Positions 9,430 through 19,539 of a stretch of DNA of 64,000 nt are shown in pieces. Below the pieces are notes generated by a model that made no database searches, had not been told where the DNA came from, and saw only the letters and a program-made list of their open reading frames with translations. Every line of letters starts with the position of its first letter. Within the stretch, counting starts at the first letter, position 1. The DNA is taken from positions 6,498 to 70,497 of the forward strand of contig CAMTXH010000006.1 in assembly GCA_947085655.1 (NCBI GenBank), read 5' to 3'. The DNA comes from an uncultured Omnitrophica bacterium (lineage in GTDB: Bacteria; Omnitrophota; Gorgyraeia; JACQQV01). The position numbers and the translations under genes are program-made.

Positions 9430-11378
9430 AGAATTTTCTTCAGTCCCTTTTCAATCCGAAGCGAATCATTCAGTTTGAGCCCCCTTCCCTTCGTCTGAAA
9501 GGTCTTCCGGAGGAGTTCCCGAAACTGGGCCGGCCCTGTCAAAACCACCTGACCGCTCTTGGAGAGTCTCAAAAGGGTTTCGTCCCGCTTGGAATCTTTC
9601 TTCCAGTCCCCCGGCAGAAAAACCAAAACCCGCTCCGCAATCGAAGAGGCCTCGGAGATCATGGAGACACTTTCGCCTGTCACCACGACCAGATCCGAAA
9701 GCCCGAGGATGCCGGGAACAACCCCTTCCGGATTTTCCCGGTTCGCAAGGACGAGAAGTTTGCACCGGGGTTCCTCCTTCCAGGAAGATTCGAAAAGTGC
9801 TTCCGTCTCTTTCGAGGTCCGGCGAGAGGTACTGACCAGAAATTCGAAATTCCCTTTTTTTGCCTCCTCCGTGATCCCTTCCACCATCGCGAGGATGTCC
9901 TCCCGGGACCACCGGACTCCGGCCGTCTCTCCCCCAAAGAGAAGCCCGAGGACGCGTCCCTTTATCTTTCCGATTTTTCCGGAAAGCCGCGACGTTTCAA
10001 ATGCGACCCGTTCCTCGGTTAAAGGATGCGGGGCGCCGGCCGTCGTCACGATATGAGGCGTCGAAGAAGGATGGTCATGTTCCGGGATAATCGCCAGGTC
10101 AAAACGGGAAGCACTCGGAAGGACCGGGTCCATCACCACGACGCTTTTTGCGGCATTATCGAGTGAGAGAATCCGGTTCACCGGCGCAACTGCCGAGCCG
10201 GCTGAAATGACAAAATCGGCGCGGCCCCGGACGAGACGCTCAAAACTCGAGGGGGTCAAGGCAAATTTCAAACATTTCAGGCACCCCTGGCAGCGGCGGT
10301 TCGCCTGAAGACTCAAAGCGGCAGCCCAGAGACGGTGCCACCGACTTTTGAAATGGATGTCAAGTTGCGAAAGCTGCTTGGCTTCTTTCCCTTCCTCTTT
10401 TAGAACTTTTTGAAGAGCCAATCCCACGCCGAGGGACTGATTCAAATGGCCCGCCTTTCCGTCGTTTAAAATCGCGATCTGCCGTGTGGGGCTCGACTTC
10501 CACCGCTTGTGAAGCCAGAGCCACTGGTCCGGGTAATTCCGAATGAATGTTTCAAGGCGATACGCAAACTGCTGCAAACCTTCCCGGATATCCTCTTCTT
10601 CATTCCCGGTTCGCGGGATCCGGAGTGGCTCCGTAATTTCAATGACATGATGCGCTTGATCCGCCTCACGACGGGCAAAACAAGGAATGACTTCGCATCC
10701 GGTTTTAAGCGAAAAGGCGATCGCCCCTTTTGCAAAGGAGGTCGGCCGGCCGAAGAAATTGACAAAGAGACCGTTTTTCCCGGCATCCTGGTCGATGAGC
10801 ATGCCGACGATGCCGTTTGAACGGAGGTGGCGGAGGATTTCCCGCGTCATAAACCCCTTGTGAATCACCCGGCAACCGGTCAATTCCCGGTACCGGTTGA
10901 GAAGTCCGTTCGCCTTCGGAAACCCCTGCTCTCGGGCCAGAACATGGGATGGATAACCCCGTGCCGCGCCAGCGAAACTCTGAAGTTCCCAATTGCCAAG
11001 GTGCGCCGTGAGAGCGACGAGTCCCTTTCCTTTTTTTAAAGCCGCTTCCAACCGGTCAAGCCCCTGAAACGTGACATAACGGTCCAGATAGGCGCGGTTC
11101 ACTTTGGGAAAGCGCAAGATCTCCGCCGCGGTCTGCATGAGATTTTGAAAGATCCGCCGTTTGACTCGGAGAAGTTCCGAAGGACCAAACCGCTCTCCCA
11201 AACAGGCCTTCAGGTTGGCGTAAGCCACCTCCCCCCGACGGGGATAAAACCAAAAGGCCAAATCCCCCACCCGCCGGCCGATCCATAAAACGGCCGGAAG
11301 AGGGAGGATCGAAAAAATCCCCGAAAGAATCTTAGCGGACCGATAAAGTATTGAGTCGCTGAAGGAGTTTGTCTTCAT
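9426..11378 (-). CDS. Lipid A late acyltransferase (LpxL/HtrB family) fused to an ELM1/GtrOC1-like domain
   Basis: AHLGNWE, LIDQD, QWLWLHKRWK, then ILNDGKAGHLNQSLG, FDLAIIPEHD, STSRRT, VTGESVSMISEA. Likely ATG at 11378. Confidence 0.85.
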   Translation of the reverse strand: MKTNSFSDSILYRSAKILSGIFSILPLPAVLWIGRRVGDLAFWFYPRRGEVAYANLKACLGERFGPSELLRVKRRIFQNLMQTAAEILRFPKVNRAYLDRYVTFQGLDRLEAALKKGKGLVALTAHLGNWELQSFAGAARGYPSHVLAREQGFPKANGLLNRYRELTGCRVIHKGFMTREILRHLRSNGIVGMLIDQDAGKNGLFVNFFGRPTSFAKGAIAFSLKTGCEVIPCFARREADQAHHVIEITEPLRIPRTGNEEEDIREGLQQFAYRLETFIRNYPDQWLWLHKRWKSSPTRQIAILNDGKAGHLNQSLGVGLALQKVLKEEGKEAKQLSQLDIHFKSRWHRLWAAALSLQANRRCQGCLKCLKFALTPSSFERLVRGRADFVISAGSAVAPVNRILSLDNAAKSVVVMDPVLPSASRFDLAIIPEHDHPSSTPHIVTTAGAPHPLTEERVAFETSRLSGKIGKIKGRVLGLLFGGETAGVRWSREDILAMVEGITEEAKKGNFEFLVSTSRRTSKETEALFESSWKEEPRCKLLVLANRENPEGVVPGILGLSDLVVVTGESVSMISEASSIAERVLVFLPGDWKKDSKRDETLLRLSKSGQVVLTGPAQFRELLRKTFQTKGRGLKLNDSLRIEKGLKKIL

Positions 11379-12381
11379 GTTGTGTGACGACCAGTTCCAC
11401 TTCGAGGACGGCAAGCGGACTCTTCGGCCAGAGACCAAACGCCTGCAGCCGTTCGACATCCTTTGCCGTCGTGAAAAGGACCTCCCCTCCCAAAGAGCCG
11501 TTCAGCCGGTCCAGTCGCTCCAGATCCCTCCTCCGGTACGGGTGGTGATCCGAAAAGGAAACGGTTCGGAGCGGCTCAATCCCGCATTTCCCGAGCGCCC
11601 GGAAAAAGGAGCCGGGGCTTCCGATCCCGCAGAAGGCAATTCCCCTTTTTTTGCGAAGGTTTTCCAGAGAAAGCGGCTCTTGGGTCCTCGCATCGATAAA
11701 ACCTTTCGGCCTGTGAACCGAGAAAAGGAGCGGAATCCCGGGTGCAAGACGGCTCAACATCTCCTCCAGATGGTGTAAAGTGGCCGGTTCGGTGTCGTCC
11801 GTCCGGGTCAGGACCAAAAGATCCGCCCTCCGGAGGGAAACCGGCTCCTCCCGGAGAATTCCCCGTGGGAGGGTCTTTCCGTTTCCGAAGGGATTGGTCG
11901 CATCGATCAGGACAATATCGAGATCCCGGTGGAGCTTCCGGTATTGAAACCCGTCGTCCAGAATAACCGCATCCATCCGGGATAGGACCGCTTTTTGGGA
12001 AAGCAAGACCCGATTCTTCCCGGCCCAGACTGTGGCTTGCGGAAGCCGGCGCTTCAGCTCCAGCGCCTCATCGGAGAGACCGTTATTCACCGGAAAATAC
12101 GGATGAGTCAACACCGCCACTTTTTTCTGCCGGGAAAGGAGTCTTTGAACCAACCAATGCACAAAGGGAGTTTTGCCGGTCCCCCCCACCGTCAGATTGC
12201 CGACGCTGATAACGGCCAGGGGAAGTCGCTCCGTCCGGAGGAGTCCGATCTTCCGCAAAAGGGATTCCCCTTTCAGAAGCATCCGGTAGATCAAGGAAAG
12301 TACCCAAAGAAAAAGCTTCACAAGTCCCGAAAGGGGACCCCTTCTTTGGTCGGTCATGAGGGAATGGATGTACTGTCTCAT
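11332..12381 (-). CDS. lpxK: Tetraacyldisaccharide 4'-kinase
   Basis: ISVGNLTVGGTGKTP, LDDGFQ, LPRGILRE, FSDHH, TTAKD. Confidence 0.95.
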   Translation of the reverse strand: MRQYIHSLMTDQRRGPLSGLVKLFLWVLSLIYRMLLKGESLLRKIGLLRTERLPLAVISVGNLTVGGTGKTPFVHWLVQRLLSRQKKVAVLTHPYFPVNNGLSDEALELKRRLPQATVWAGKNRVLLSQKAVLSRMDAVILDDGFQYRKLHRDLDIVLIDATNPFGNGKTLPRGILREEPVSLRRADLLVLTRTDDTEPATLHHLEEMLSRLAPGIPLLFSVHRPKGFIDARTQEPLSLENLRKKRGIAFCGIGSPGSFFRALGKCGIEPLRTVSFSDHHPYRRRDLERLDRLNGSLGGEVLFTTAKDVERLQAFGLWPKSPLAVLEVELVVTQHEDKLLQRLNTLSVR

Positions 12382-13637
12382 CTGGATGACAAAAACGGCT
12401 CAAGATGCAAAAGGTGCCGCTGAACGACTCCCTGCTGGGAAAGGATCAGCATTCTCGCCTTTTCTCCGAGCCGCCGGCTCAGCGCACGATCCCGAAGAAG
12501 AGAATCGGCCGCCTCCTTGAGGGATGTCCGGTCATGCACCTTGAGCGCCGCCTCTCCATCCAAAAAAAGTTTCACGATATCCCGGAAATTCTCCATATGG
12601 GGTCCGAAAAGAATCGGTTTTCCGAAAAAGGCCGGCTCGAGGAGATTTTGTCCCCCCCGCCGGACCAGACTTCCGCCGATAAAGACAAAGTCGGCCGCCG
12701 CATACATCGAACGGAGTTGGCCCACCGTGTCCAGAACCAAAACCGAACGCTCCCGGCTCCGCCCGCCGTTTTCCGAAATAAGAACCGCCTTTTGACGGAA
12801 TCCGTCGATGAGCCGGGCCACTTCCTTTGCCCGTTCCGGATGGCGGGGTGCGATCAAAAGCCGAAGATCCGGATGTCTTTGAGTCAAATCGCCGTACGCC
12901 TCAAGCAGAAACCGTTCCTCGCCCGGATGGGTACTCCCCGCCACCCAAAGTCTTTCATGACTTTTCAGGCCGAGCCGCCCGCGGATGCCGGAGGCGGACT
13001 CCCCTCCGGAATAAGCGACGTCGAATTTCATATTTCCGACGGTAAAAACTTTTCCGGAAGGGGCGCCGAGTCTTTGGACCCGCTCGGCATCCTCGGGGTA
13101 TTGCATACAAAAAAGATCGATCCCTTGAAGCGGTCTGCGAAGCGCCCACCGGATCCGGCGGTACCGGTTAAAGGATCTTGTCGAAATCCTCCCGTTCAGA
13201 AGAAAAACCGGAATGTCCCCTTCTTTCAAAACCAGGATGAGCGCCGGCCAGATCTCCGTCTCCATGGTGGCAAAAAAATCGGGCCTCAGTCTCCGAACCG
13301 CTCGGCGGAGGATTCCGGTGAAATTCAACGGAAAGTAAAAAAGAAGATCCTCCCCTTGCCGCATCTTTTCCAGAACCGTTCGACCGGTCCGGGTGGTGGT
13401 GGAAAAAGCAAACTGCAATCCGGGATGACGCTTCCGGATTTCATCGATCAGGGAACGGGCGGCGAGTGCCTCGCCCAAGGAGACGGCATGGAGCCAGAAA
13501 CAGGGTTGGGTCCCCTCCCGCTTCGGAACCCGTCCGAACCGCTCGCCCAGATGATCGGTTGCTTTCTTCTTGAGCAAGAAGACCGGAAGGTACCCGAGAC
13601 AAAACAACAAAAAAACTGCATTATACAGAAAATTCAT
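12378..13637 (-). CDS. waaA: Kdo transferase
   Basis: WLHAVSLGE, METEIWP, GNMKFD, GSTHPGEE, APRHPER, GGQNLLEPA. Confidence 0.96.
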   Translation of the reverse strand: MNFLYNAVFLLFCLGYLPVFLLKKKATDHLGERFGRVPKREGTQPCFWLHAVSLGEALAARSLIDEIRKRHPGLQFAFSTTTRTGRTVLEKMRQGEDLLFYFPLNFTGILRRAVRRLRPDFFATMETEIWPALILVLKEGDIPVFLLNGRISTRSFNRYRRIRWALRRPLQGIDLFCMQYPEDAERVQRLGAPSGKVFTVGNMKFDVAYSGGESASGIRGRLGLKSHERLWVAGSTHPGEERFLLEAYGDLTQRHPDLRLLIAPRHPERAKEVARLIDGFRQKAVLISENGGRSRERSVLVLDTVGQLRSMYAAADFVFIGGSLVRRGGQNLLEPAFFGKPILFGPHMENFRDIVKLFLDGEAALKVHDRTSLKEAADSLLRDRALSRRLGEKARMLILSQQGVVQRHLLHLEPFLSSR

Positions 13638-13646
13638 TTCGGTTTC

Positions 13647-14516
13647 TCATGCGCGCGGATGTGCCTTTGCATAAACTTTCTTCAGCCGCTCAGCCGTGAC
13701 ATGCGTATAGATCTGGGTTGTGGAAAGATTCTGGTGTCCCAACAATTCCTGAACCGACCGGAGGTCCGCCCCCCGGTCCAAAAGGTGTGTGGCAAAGGAA
13801 TGGCGGAGGGTGTGCGGGGAAATATGATGCTCAAAACTTGACCGCTTGATCGCCCGGTCCAAAACCCTCCGCACGCTCCGGTCGGTCAGCCGGCCGCCCT
13901 GTTTGTTCACAAAAAGAACCTGGGAATCCCTTCGCTGTGATTTCTTCCGGGCTCCCAGATAGGTGTGAATGGAGCGGAGGGCCGGCTCGCCGATCGGCGA
14001 AAGACGCTCCTTCTTTCCCTTCCCGGCCACCTTCACCACCCCACCGATGAAATCGATATGGGAGATGTCGAGTTTTGTCAATTCACTCACCCGGAGTCCG
14101 GAACTGTAAAGAGTCTCCAGGATCGCCCGGTCACGGAGATCCTGCACCGCCTCCCCCGGAAATCGCAAAAGATTCATCACCTCTTCCACGCCGAGTATTT
14201 TCGGCAGCCGTTTCTCCTGCTTGGGGGTCCGGAGAACGAGGACCGGATTGACTTTCAGATAACCTTCGCGGCAGAGGAATTTAAAAAAGGAACGGAGGGA
14301 GGAGAGTTTTCTGGCGACAGTGACTTTCCGGAACCCCTTGGCTTTCAACTCCACCAAAAAGCGGCGGAGGAGTAGAAGGTCCACCTTCTCAACCGGAATC
14401 TCCCCGGCGAAGCGGTGGAACGCCTCAAGGTCCGACCGGTAGGAAACCAGGGTATAAGCGGAGGCATTCTTCTCATATTCCAGATAGCGAAGGAACTTTT
14501 CGATGTAACGTTTCAC
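13647..14516 (-). CDS. xerC: Tyrosine recombinase XerC
   Basis: SGLRVSE, HTLRHSFATH, LGH, TTQIYTH; follows dprA-topA. Confidence 0.88.
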   Translation of the reverse strand: MKRYIEKFLRYLEYEKNASAYTLVSYRSDLEAFHRFAGEIPVEKVDLLLLRRFLVELKAKGFRKVTVARKLSSLRSFFKFLCREGYLKVNPVLVLRTPKQEKRLPKILGVEEVMNLLRFPGEAVQDLRDRAILETLYSSGLRVSELTKLDISHIDFIGGVVKVAGKGKKERLSPIGEPALRSIHTYLGARKKSQRRDSQVLFVNKQGGRLTDRSVRRVLDRAIKRSSFEHHISPHTLRHSFATHLLDRGADLRSVQELLGHQNLSTTQIYTHVTAERLKKVYAKAHPRA

Positions 14517-16720
14517 GACTCAACGTGTTCTCCTTCCGTCGGCTTGTCATCCGCGGCCGGGAGGCGATTCGTCGTATAGGTGCATTTCGGATAGCGGATG
14601 CATCCGTAGAAAAACTGTCCTCTTCTGGAGCGCCGCCCGACCAGTTCCCCGTCACATCCCGGGCTCGAGCAGGCAATGCCGGTGGTGATGGAACGGGCGT
14701 TTTTGCATTCCGGAAAACCGGCACAGCTCAGGAACTTCCCTGAGCGGCCCCATTTGATGACCATCGGCCGGCCGCATTTCTCACAGCGTTCATCCGTCTC
14801 AATCACTTCCTTTTTAATCTTGGTTGAGGCCTGACTCAGGCGTTCCGCAAAAGGGGGATAAAACTTTTTCAGAACATCCACCCAGGCAATCCGGCCCTCC
14901 TCGATTTCGTCCAGCTCCTCCTCCATCGTCGCGGTAAATTTCACATCGAGAATTTTCGGAAAATGCTGGGTGAGAAGTTCCGTCACCAGATTCCCGAGTT
15001 CCGTCGGAACCAGACTCCCCTTTTCCCGGCGGACATAATCGCGGGTGATGATCGTCTGCAGAGTCGGGGCATAGGTACTGGGCCGCCCGATTCCCAATTC
15101 CTCAAGGGCTTTGACCAGCGACCCTTCCGTATACCGGGGAGGGGGCTTGGTAAAATGCTGGCTCGGCAGAAATTCGTGAAAATTCAGCCGTTCCCCGACG
15201 GTGAGTGGGGGAAGGAGTTTGCCCTTTTCCTCCTCCTCGTCGATCGCATACACAGAGAGAAATCCGGGGAAAAGGCACCTCTGGTGGGAAGCGCGGAAGA
15301 GGGCATTGGCACAAGACACATCAACGGAGAGGATTTCAAAACGGGCTTTTTCCATCTGACTCGCCACAAACCGGTTGAAGATAAGGCGGTATAATTTGTA
15401 CTGATCCCCCGTCAAATAGGACTTCATCGCATCCGGCTCCCGGAAGGCGGAGGTCGGGCGGATCGCTTCGTGCGCCTCTTGGGCCGTTTTTTTGGAGCGG
15501 TACCGGTTGGGGGCCTTCGGAACGTAATCATTCCCGTACTTTTTGCCGATATACTCCCTCACCTGCCGGATCGCCCCCTCGCTCACCCGGACCGAATCGG
15601 TCCGCATATACGTAATCAGACCGGTCGTTTCCTCCTTCCCGATGTCCAACCCCTCATAGAGCTGCTGGGCAATCCGCATCGTCCGTGCGGCTGAAAAGTG
15701 GAGTTTGTTGAATGCATCCTGCTGGAGTTTACTGGTGGTAAAGGGGGCTTGGGAGGATTTGTTCTTTTCGCTCTTCCGGACATCCTTCACCACAAACGGC
15801 TCTTTTTCCAGTTTTTTGATGAGCGCATCCACTAATTCTTTGGAGGGAAGTTCCGCCTTCTGGTCGTCCAATTTCTCGAGTTTCGCGGTGAAATCCTGCT
15901 TCGGTGATTTGGGAGAGGAAAGACGCGCCTCGAGTTCCCAATATTCCTTAGACACAAAGGCCTGAATCTCTTTTTCCCGGTCCACCACCAGACGGACCGC
16001 CACCGACTGAACCCGCCCCGCACTCAACCCCTTCCCGACTTTCTTCCAGAGAAGGGGACTCAAACTGTATCCGACGATTCGGTCCAGAACGCGTCTCGCC
16101 TGCTGGGCGTCCACCTTTTTGGGGTCGATTTCGCTCGGATGCTCGAAGGCCTCCATCACCGCCTCCCGGGTAATCTCATGGAAGACCACCCGGTAAATCT
16201 TTTTGGAGTCTCCCAGAAAGTTTTTCAGATGCCAGGAGATCGCCTCTCCTTCCCGGTCCGGGTCCGGTGCGAGGTAAATCGCCTCCATGGTCTTGGCTTC
16301 CTTTTTCAAATCGTTCAGGAGTTTTTTCTTTCCCTTGATGACGACGTATTTCGGCTCAAAGTCCTTTTCGATATCCACCCCCATGGAACTGGTCGGAAGG
16401 TCCATCACATGCCCCATCGAAGGACGGATAACGTACTGATCCCCCAAGATATGATGGATGGTCCGGGATTTGGCGGGAGACTCCACGATGACAAGGAATT
16501 TCTTCGGCGCACCGCCGCCGATTAAATGGACGATTTCGACTTCGTCATTTTCGCTCAGAAGCTTCGCCGGGTAAGTCTCTTTCAGGAGGATATCCTGATT
16601 CAACTCGACGACCACCCGCCGGGGATCGATGGAAAGTTCTTCAAGAAGAGCCGCCACCGAAAGCCCTTTCGGCATCTTTTTGAACTCTCCGTTGATCTTC
16701 AGGGTGACGAATTCGTTCAT
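14513..16720 (-). CDS. topA: DNA topoisomerase I with an N-terminal ThiS-like ubiquitin-fold domain
   Basis: Residues 1-70 ThiS-like (INGE...VVVELNQDI...DEVEIVHLIGGG); residue 71 onward TopA (LVIVESPAK, DPDREGE, SAGRVQS, ITYMRTDS, two C-terminal Zn ribbons). Confidence 0.95.
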   Translation of the reverse strand: MNEFVTLKINGEFKKMPKGLSVAALLEELSIDPRRVVVELNQDILLKETYPAKLLSENDEVEIVHLIGGGAPKKFLVIVESPAKSRTIHHILGDQYVIRPSMGHVMDLPTSSMGVDIEKDFEPKYVVIKGKKKLLNDLKKEAKTMEAIYLAPDPDREGEAISWHLKNFLGDSKKIYRVVFHEITREAVMEAFEHPSEIDPKKVDAQQARRVLDRIVGYSLSPLLWKKVGKGLSAGRVQSVAVRLVVDREKEIQAFVSKEYWELEARLSSPKSPKQDFTAKLEKLDDQKAELPSKELVDALIKKLEKEPFVVKDVRKSEKNKSSQAPFTTSKLQQDAFNKLHFSAARTMRIAQQLYEGLDIGKEETTGLITYMRTDSVRVSEGAIRQVREYIGKKYGNDYVPKAPNRYRSKKTAQEAHEAIRPTSAFREPDAMKSYLTGDQYKLYRLIFNRFVASQMEKARFEILSVDVSCANALFRASHQRCLFPGFLSVYAIDEEEEKGKLLPPLTVGERLNFHEFLPSQHFTKPPPRYTEGSLVKALEELGIGRPSTYAPTLQTIITRDYVRREKGSLVPTELGNLVTELLTQHFPKILDVKFTATMEEELDEIEEGRIAWVDVLKKFYPPFAERLSQASTKIKKEVIETDERCEKCGRPMVIKWGRSGKFLSCAGFPECKNARSITTGIACSSPGCDGELVGRRSRRGQFFYGCIRYPKCTYTTNRLPAADDKPTEGEHVES

Positions 16721-17805
16721 TTTCTTGCGTAGTGTCTCCCGGGATAGGTTCGGACCAGATGTTTCACTTCAAGTTGTAAAAGCGCCGCAAGGGTCTCCTT
16801 TGCGGAAAGTTGGGCCTCCTCCACAATGGCATCAATCGATTTTGGGAGTTCCGAAAGAACCTCATAGACCACCTCTTCCTCCTGTGAAAGAGGGGGCAGC
16901 GACTTGACGAGTGTTTCCTTCCCGGTCTCCCGGGCAATCGGCACTTTCAACTCTTCCAGAATATCGGTCAGATCCTGAACCAGCGTGGCTCCCTCCCGAA
17001 TCAACCGGTGGGTCCCCCGGGAAAGAGGAGAATCAATCCGTCCGGGAATGGCAAAGACCTCCCGCCCCTGCTCCGCGGCACAATGGGCGGTAATCAACGC
17101 CCCGCTTTTCTCATCCGCCTCTACCACCAACACCCCGAGAGAAAGTCCGCTGATGAGGCGGTTTCGTTGGGGGAAATGTTGAGAAAGAGGGGGCGAGGAC
17201 ATCGGAAATTCGCTTATGAGTGCACCGTGTTGTGAGACTTCCTTGACCAGGGAGCGGTTTTCGGGAGGATAAATGCTTGAAAGTCCGCTTCCCAAAACCG
17301 CCACCGTTCTTCCGCCGGCAGAGAGGGCTCCCTGATGGGCAGCGGTATCGACCCCGCGGGCAAAGCCGGAGACAACCAAAAAACCGTATCCGGTGATCTC
17401 CCGGGCAATCCGTTCGGCCATCTCCAATCCGTACGGCGTCGCCCTCCGGGAGCCGACAATGGCAAGGGCAAGCCGGTCGTCCGACTGCAGACCTCCCTTG
17501 AGGTAAAGAACAACCGGGAAATCGTGGATTTCCTTGAGGGCCTTCGGATACCTCTCATCCTGAAACGTGATCAGAATAACCCCTTCTTTCTCAATGAGGT
17601 CCAGCTCCTCTTTCAGCATCCCTCCCCGCGGCGCTTCAAGGACCGCATGGACGAGCGATTCGGAGAGTCCGAACCGGGTCAGTTTTTCGGCCGATGCTCC
17701 GAAAAGGTCTTCGGCCGAACCGACATGGGATAAAAGAGAGCGGATCCGGACCGGACCGAGTCCCTCAATCAAATTCAGGAGAATCAGCGCTTCCGTTTCA
17801 TTCAT
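16717..17805 (-). CDS. dprA: DNA-processing protein DprA
   Basis: AIVGSR, VSGFARGVD, FPQRNRLISGLS, SGALITA, C-terminal winged helix. Confidence 0.96.
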   Translation of the reverse strand: MNETEALILLNLIEGLGPVRIRSLLSHVGSAEDLFGASAEKLTRFGLSESLVHAVLEAPRGGMLKEELDLIEKEGVILITFQDERYPKALKEIHDFPVVLYLKGGLQSDDRLALAIVGSRRATPYGLEMAERIAREITGYGFLVVSGFARGVDTAAHQGALSAGGRTVAVLGSGLSSIYPPENRSLVKEVSQHGALISEFPMSSPPLSQHFPQRNRLISGLSLGVLVVEADEKSGALITAHCAAEQGREVFAIPGRIDSPLSRGTHRLIREGATLVQDLTDILEELKVPIARETGKETLVKSLPPLSQEEEVVYEVLSELPKSIDAIVEEAQLSAKETLAALLQLEVKHLVRTYPGRHYARK

Positions 17806-18313
17806 GCTTTTGCCCTTCGAGACGCCGGATGATTTCGGAGACGACCTCCTCCACCGTCAAATGGTCCGTCTCAACCTGAAAATCGGCCTTCCCGTAGAAC
17901 GGCTTCCGTTCCTTCAGAATCCGCTCAATCGCCGCGGCCGGGTCGGAGACATTCAAAAGGGGTCTGTGGCGGTGATCCTTGACCCGCTCATAAATCACGG
18001 CCGGGCTTGCCGAAAGCGCGACGACCGGCCCATTTTGCTTCAGCGTCTTCAGATTTTCTTCCTTCAAAACAACCCCCCCGCCGCAGTCAATCACCACATT
18101 CTCCATCCGGGCCGCCTTTTTCACCATCTCGGATTCGACCTTCCGGAAATAGGGTTCTCCGTCTTGTTTGAAAAGGTCGTGAATCGATTTCTTCTCCCGC
18201 TCGACAATCAAATCATCCGTGGAAATAACGCTCTTTTTGAGCCGCTTTGCAAGCATCTGCGCGACAACGCTCTTTCCGGTTCCCATGAACCCGACGATGG
18301 CAATGTTACCCAT
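17798..18313 (-). CDS. aroK: Shikimate kinase
   Basis: GFMGTGKS P-loop, GEPYFRKVE, CGGG, RPLL; ATG 18313 preferred. Confidence 0.94.
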   Translation of the reverse strand: MGNIAIVGFMGTGKSVVAQMLAKRLKKSVISTDDLIVEREKKSIHDLFKQDGEPYFRKVESEMVKKAARMENVVIDCGGGVVLKEENLKTLKQNGPVVALSASPAVIYERVKDHRHRPLLNVSDPAAAIERILKERKPFYGKADFQVETDHLTVEEVVSEIIRRLEGQKHE

Positions 18314-18344
18314 ATCCAAACCCGCCTTTATCACGTTAGTCACG

Positions 18345-18402
18345 TTAGGGACAGTCCCCCCGCAGAAGTGACTCGTAGAAGCGTAAGGGGGACAGTCCCT
18401 AA
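18345..18402. repeat. REP-like doublet of GGGACAGTCCC palindromes
   Basis: ttagggacagtccccc (18345-18360) and gggggacagtccctaa (18387-18402) form a 16-bp inverted repeat with one mismatch; tandem tcacgttag x2 at 18331-18348. Confidence 0.8.
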
Positions 18403-19523
18403 AACTCCGCTATCTGCTTCAAATATCCTTGGACGTTCCGCTTGATCTCGGGAATGGAATCGCCGCCGAATTTCTCGAGGAAAGCATTCGCAATCTCAAA
18501 GGCGACGACCGCCTCCCCGATCACACCGGCTGCCGGTACCGTGCAAACATCGGAACGCTCCACCGTCGCCTTGACCGGCTCCTTGGTCGCGATATCGACG
18601 GAGGGAAGCGGATTGAGAAGCGTTGAAATCGGTTTCATGTAGGCGCGGAGGAAGATCGGTTCGCCGCTCGACATTCCCCCTTCGATTCCCCCTGAGCGGT
18701 TTGTGCCGCGATGGAACCCCTTCTTCTTGTCGTGATAAATGGCATCATGCACTTCGGATCCCCGTTTCCGCGATCCCGCCACACCGTCTCCGATCTCCAC
18801 CGCCTTCATCGCCTGAATGGAAAGAATCGCGCGGCCCAAACGGGCATCGAGTTTTCGGTCATAATGGACGTAACTCCCGAGTCCGACCGGAACACCGGTT
18901 GCAATCACCTCATAGACCCCCCCGAGCGTGTCCTTTTCCTCCTTTGCCCGGGTAATGGCCTCGACCATCCGTTTTTCCGCTTCAGGGTCTGCGCACCGGA
19001 CCTGAGAGTTCTCCGCGCGCTTTTGAATCTCATCGAACGAAAGTTTCTCCGTGTTTGCCTCAACCTCCCCGATTCGGATCACATGGCTGATGATCCGGAT
19101 GTTGAATTCCGAAAGAAAACGTTTGCAGACCGCGCCGACCGCCACACGGGCAGCCGTCTCCCGGGCGCTCGAGCGCTCAAGGACGTTCCGGATGTCCCGG
19201 TGGGCATACTTCAGCGCGCCGGTTAAATCGGCGTGGCCCGGCCGGGGCTTCGTGACCTTTGGGAGTTCGTTGATTTTGAAATCTTTGTTCTGAATCAAAA
19301 GCGCGATCGGACTTCCGAGGGTCTGGCTGTCCTTGACGCCGGAGAGAATTTCAACGGCATCTTTTTCAATCTGCATCCGGCCCCCGCGGCCAAAACCGAC
19401 CTGTCGGCGGGCAAGGTCCGCATTGATGGCCGTCTCGTTCAGTCCGAGTCCTGCCGGCATCCCCTCGAGTGTTGCCACCAGACACTTCCCGTGACTTTCA
19501 CCGCTTGTCAGGTAACGTAGCAT
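18399..19523 (-). CDS. aroC: Chorismate synthase
   Basis: [37 protein letters not shown]. Confidence 0.97.
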   Translation of the reverse strand: MLRYLTSGESHGKCLVATLEGMPAGLGLNETAINADLARRQVGFGRGGRMQIEKDAVEILSGVKDSQTLGSPIALLIQNKDFKINELPKVTKPRPGHADLTGALKYAHRDIRNVLERSSARETAARVAVGAVCKRFLSEFNIRIISHVIRIGEVEANTEKLSFDEIQKRAENSQVRCADPEAEKRMVEAITRAKEEKDTLGGVYEVIATGVPVGLGSYVHYDRKLDARLGRAILSIQAMKAVEIGDGVAGSRKRGSEVHDAIYHDKKKGFHRGTNRSGGIEGGMSSGEPIFLRAYMKPISTLLNPLPSVDIATKEPVKATVERSDVCTVPAAGVIGEAVVAFEIANAFLEKFGGDSIPEIKRNVQGYLKQIAEF

Positions 19524-19539
19524 GGTTCACCCCTTGCCG

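Noticed and set aside
12405-13841. 478-aa plus-strand ORF
   Set aside because: Antisense to waaA and xerC; no motifs.
13647-14516. Tyrosine recombinase as prophage or integron integrase
   Set aside because: Housekeeping dprA-topA-xerC context; no att sites, cassettes or phage genes.
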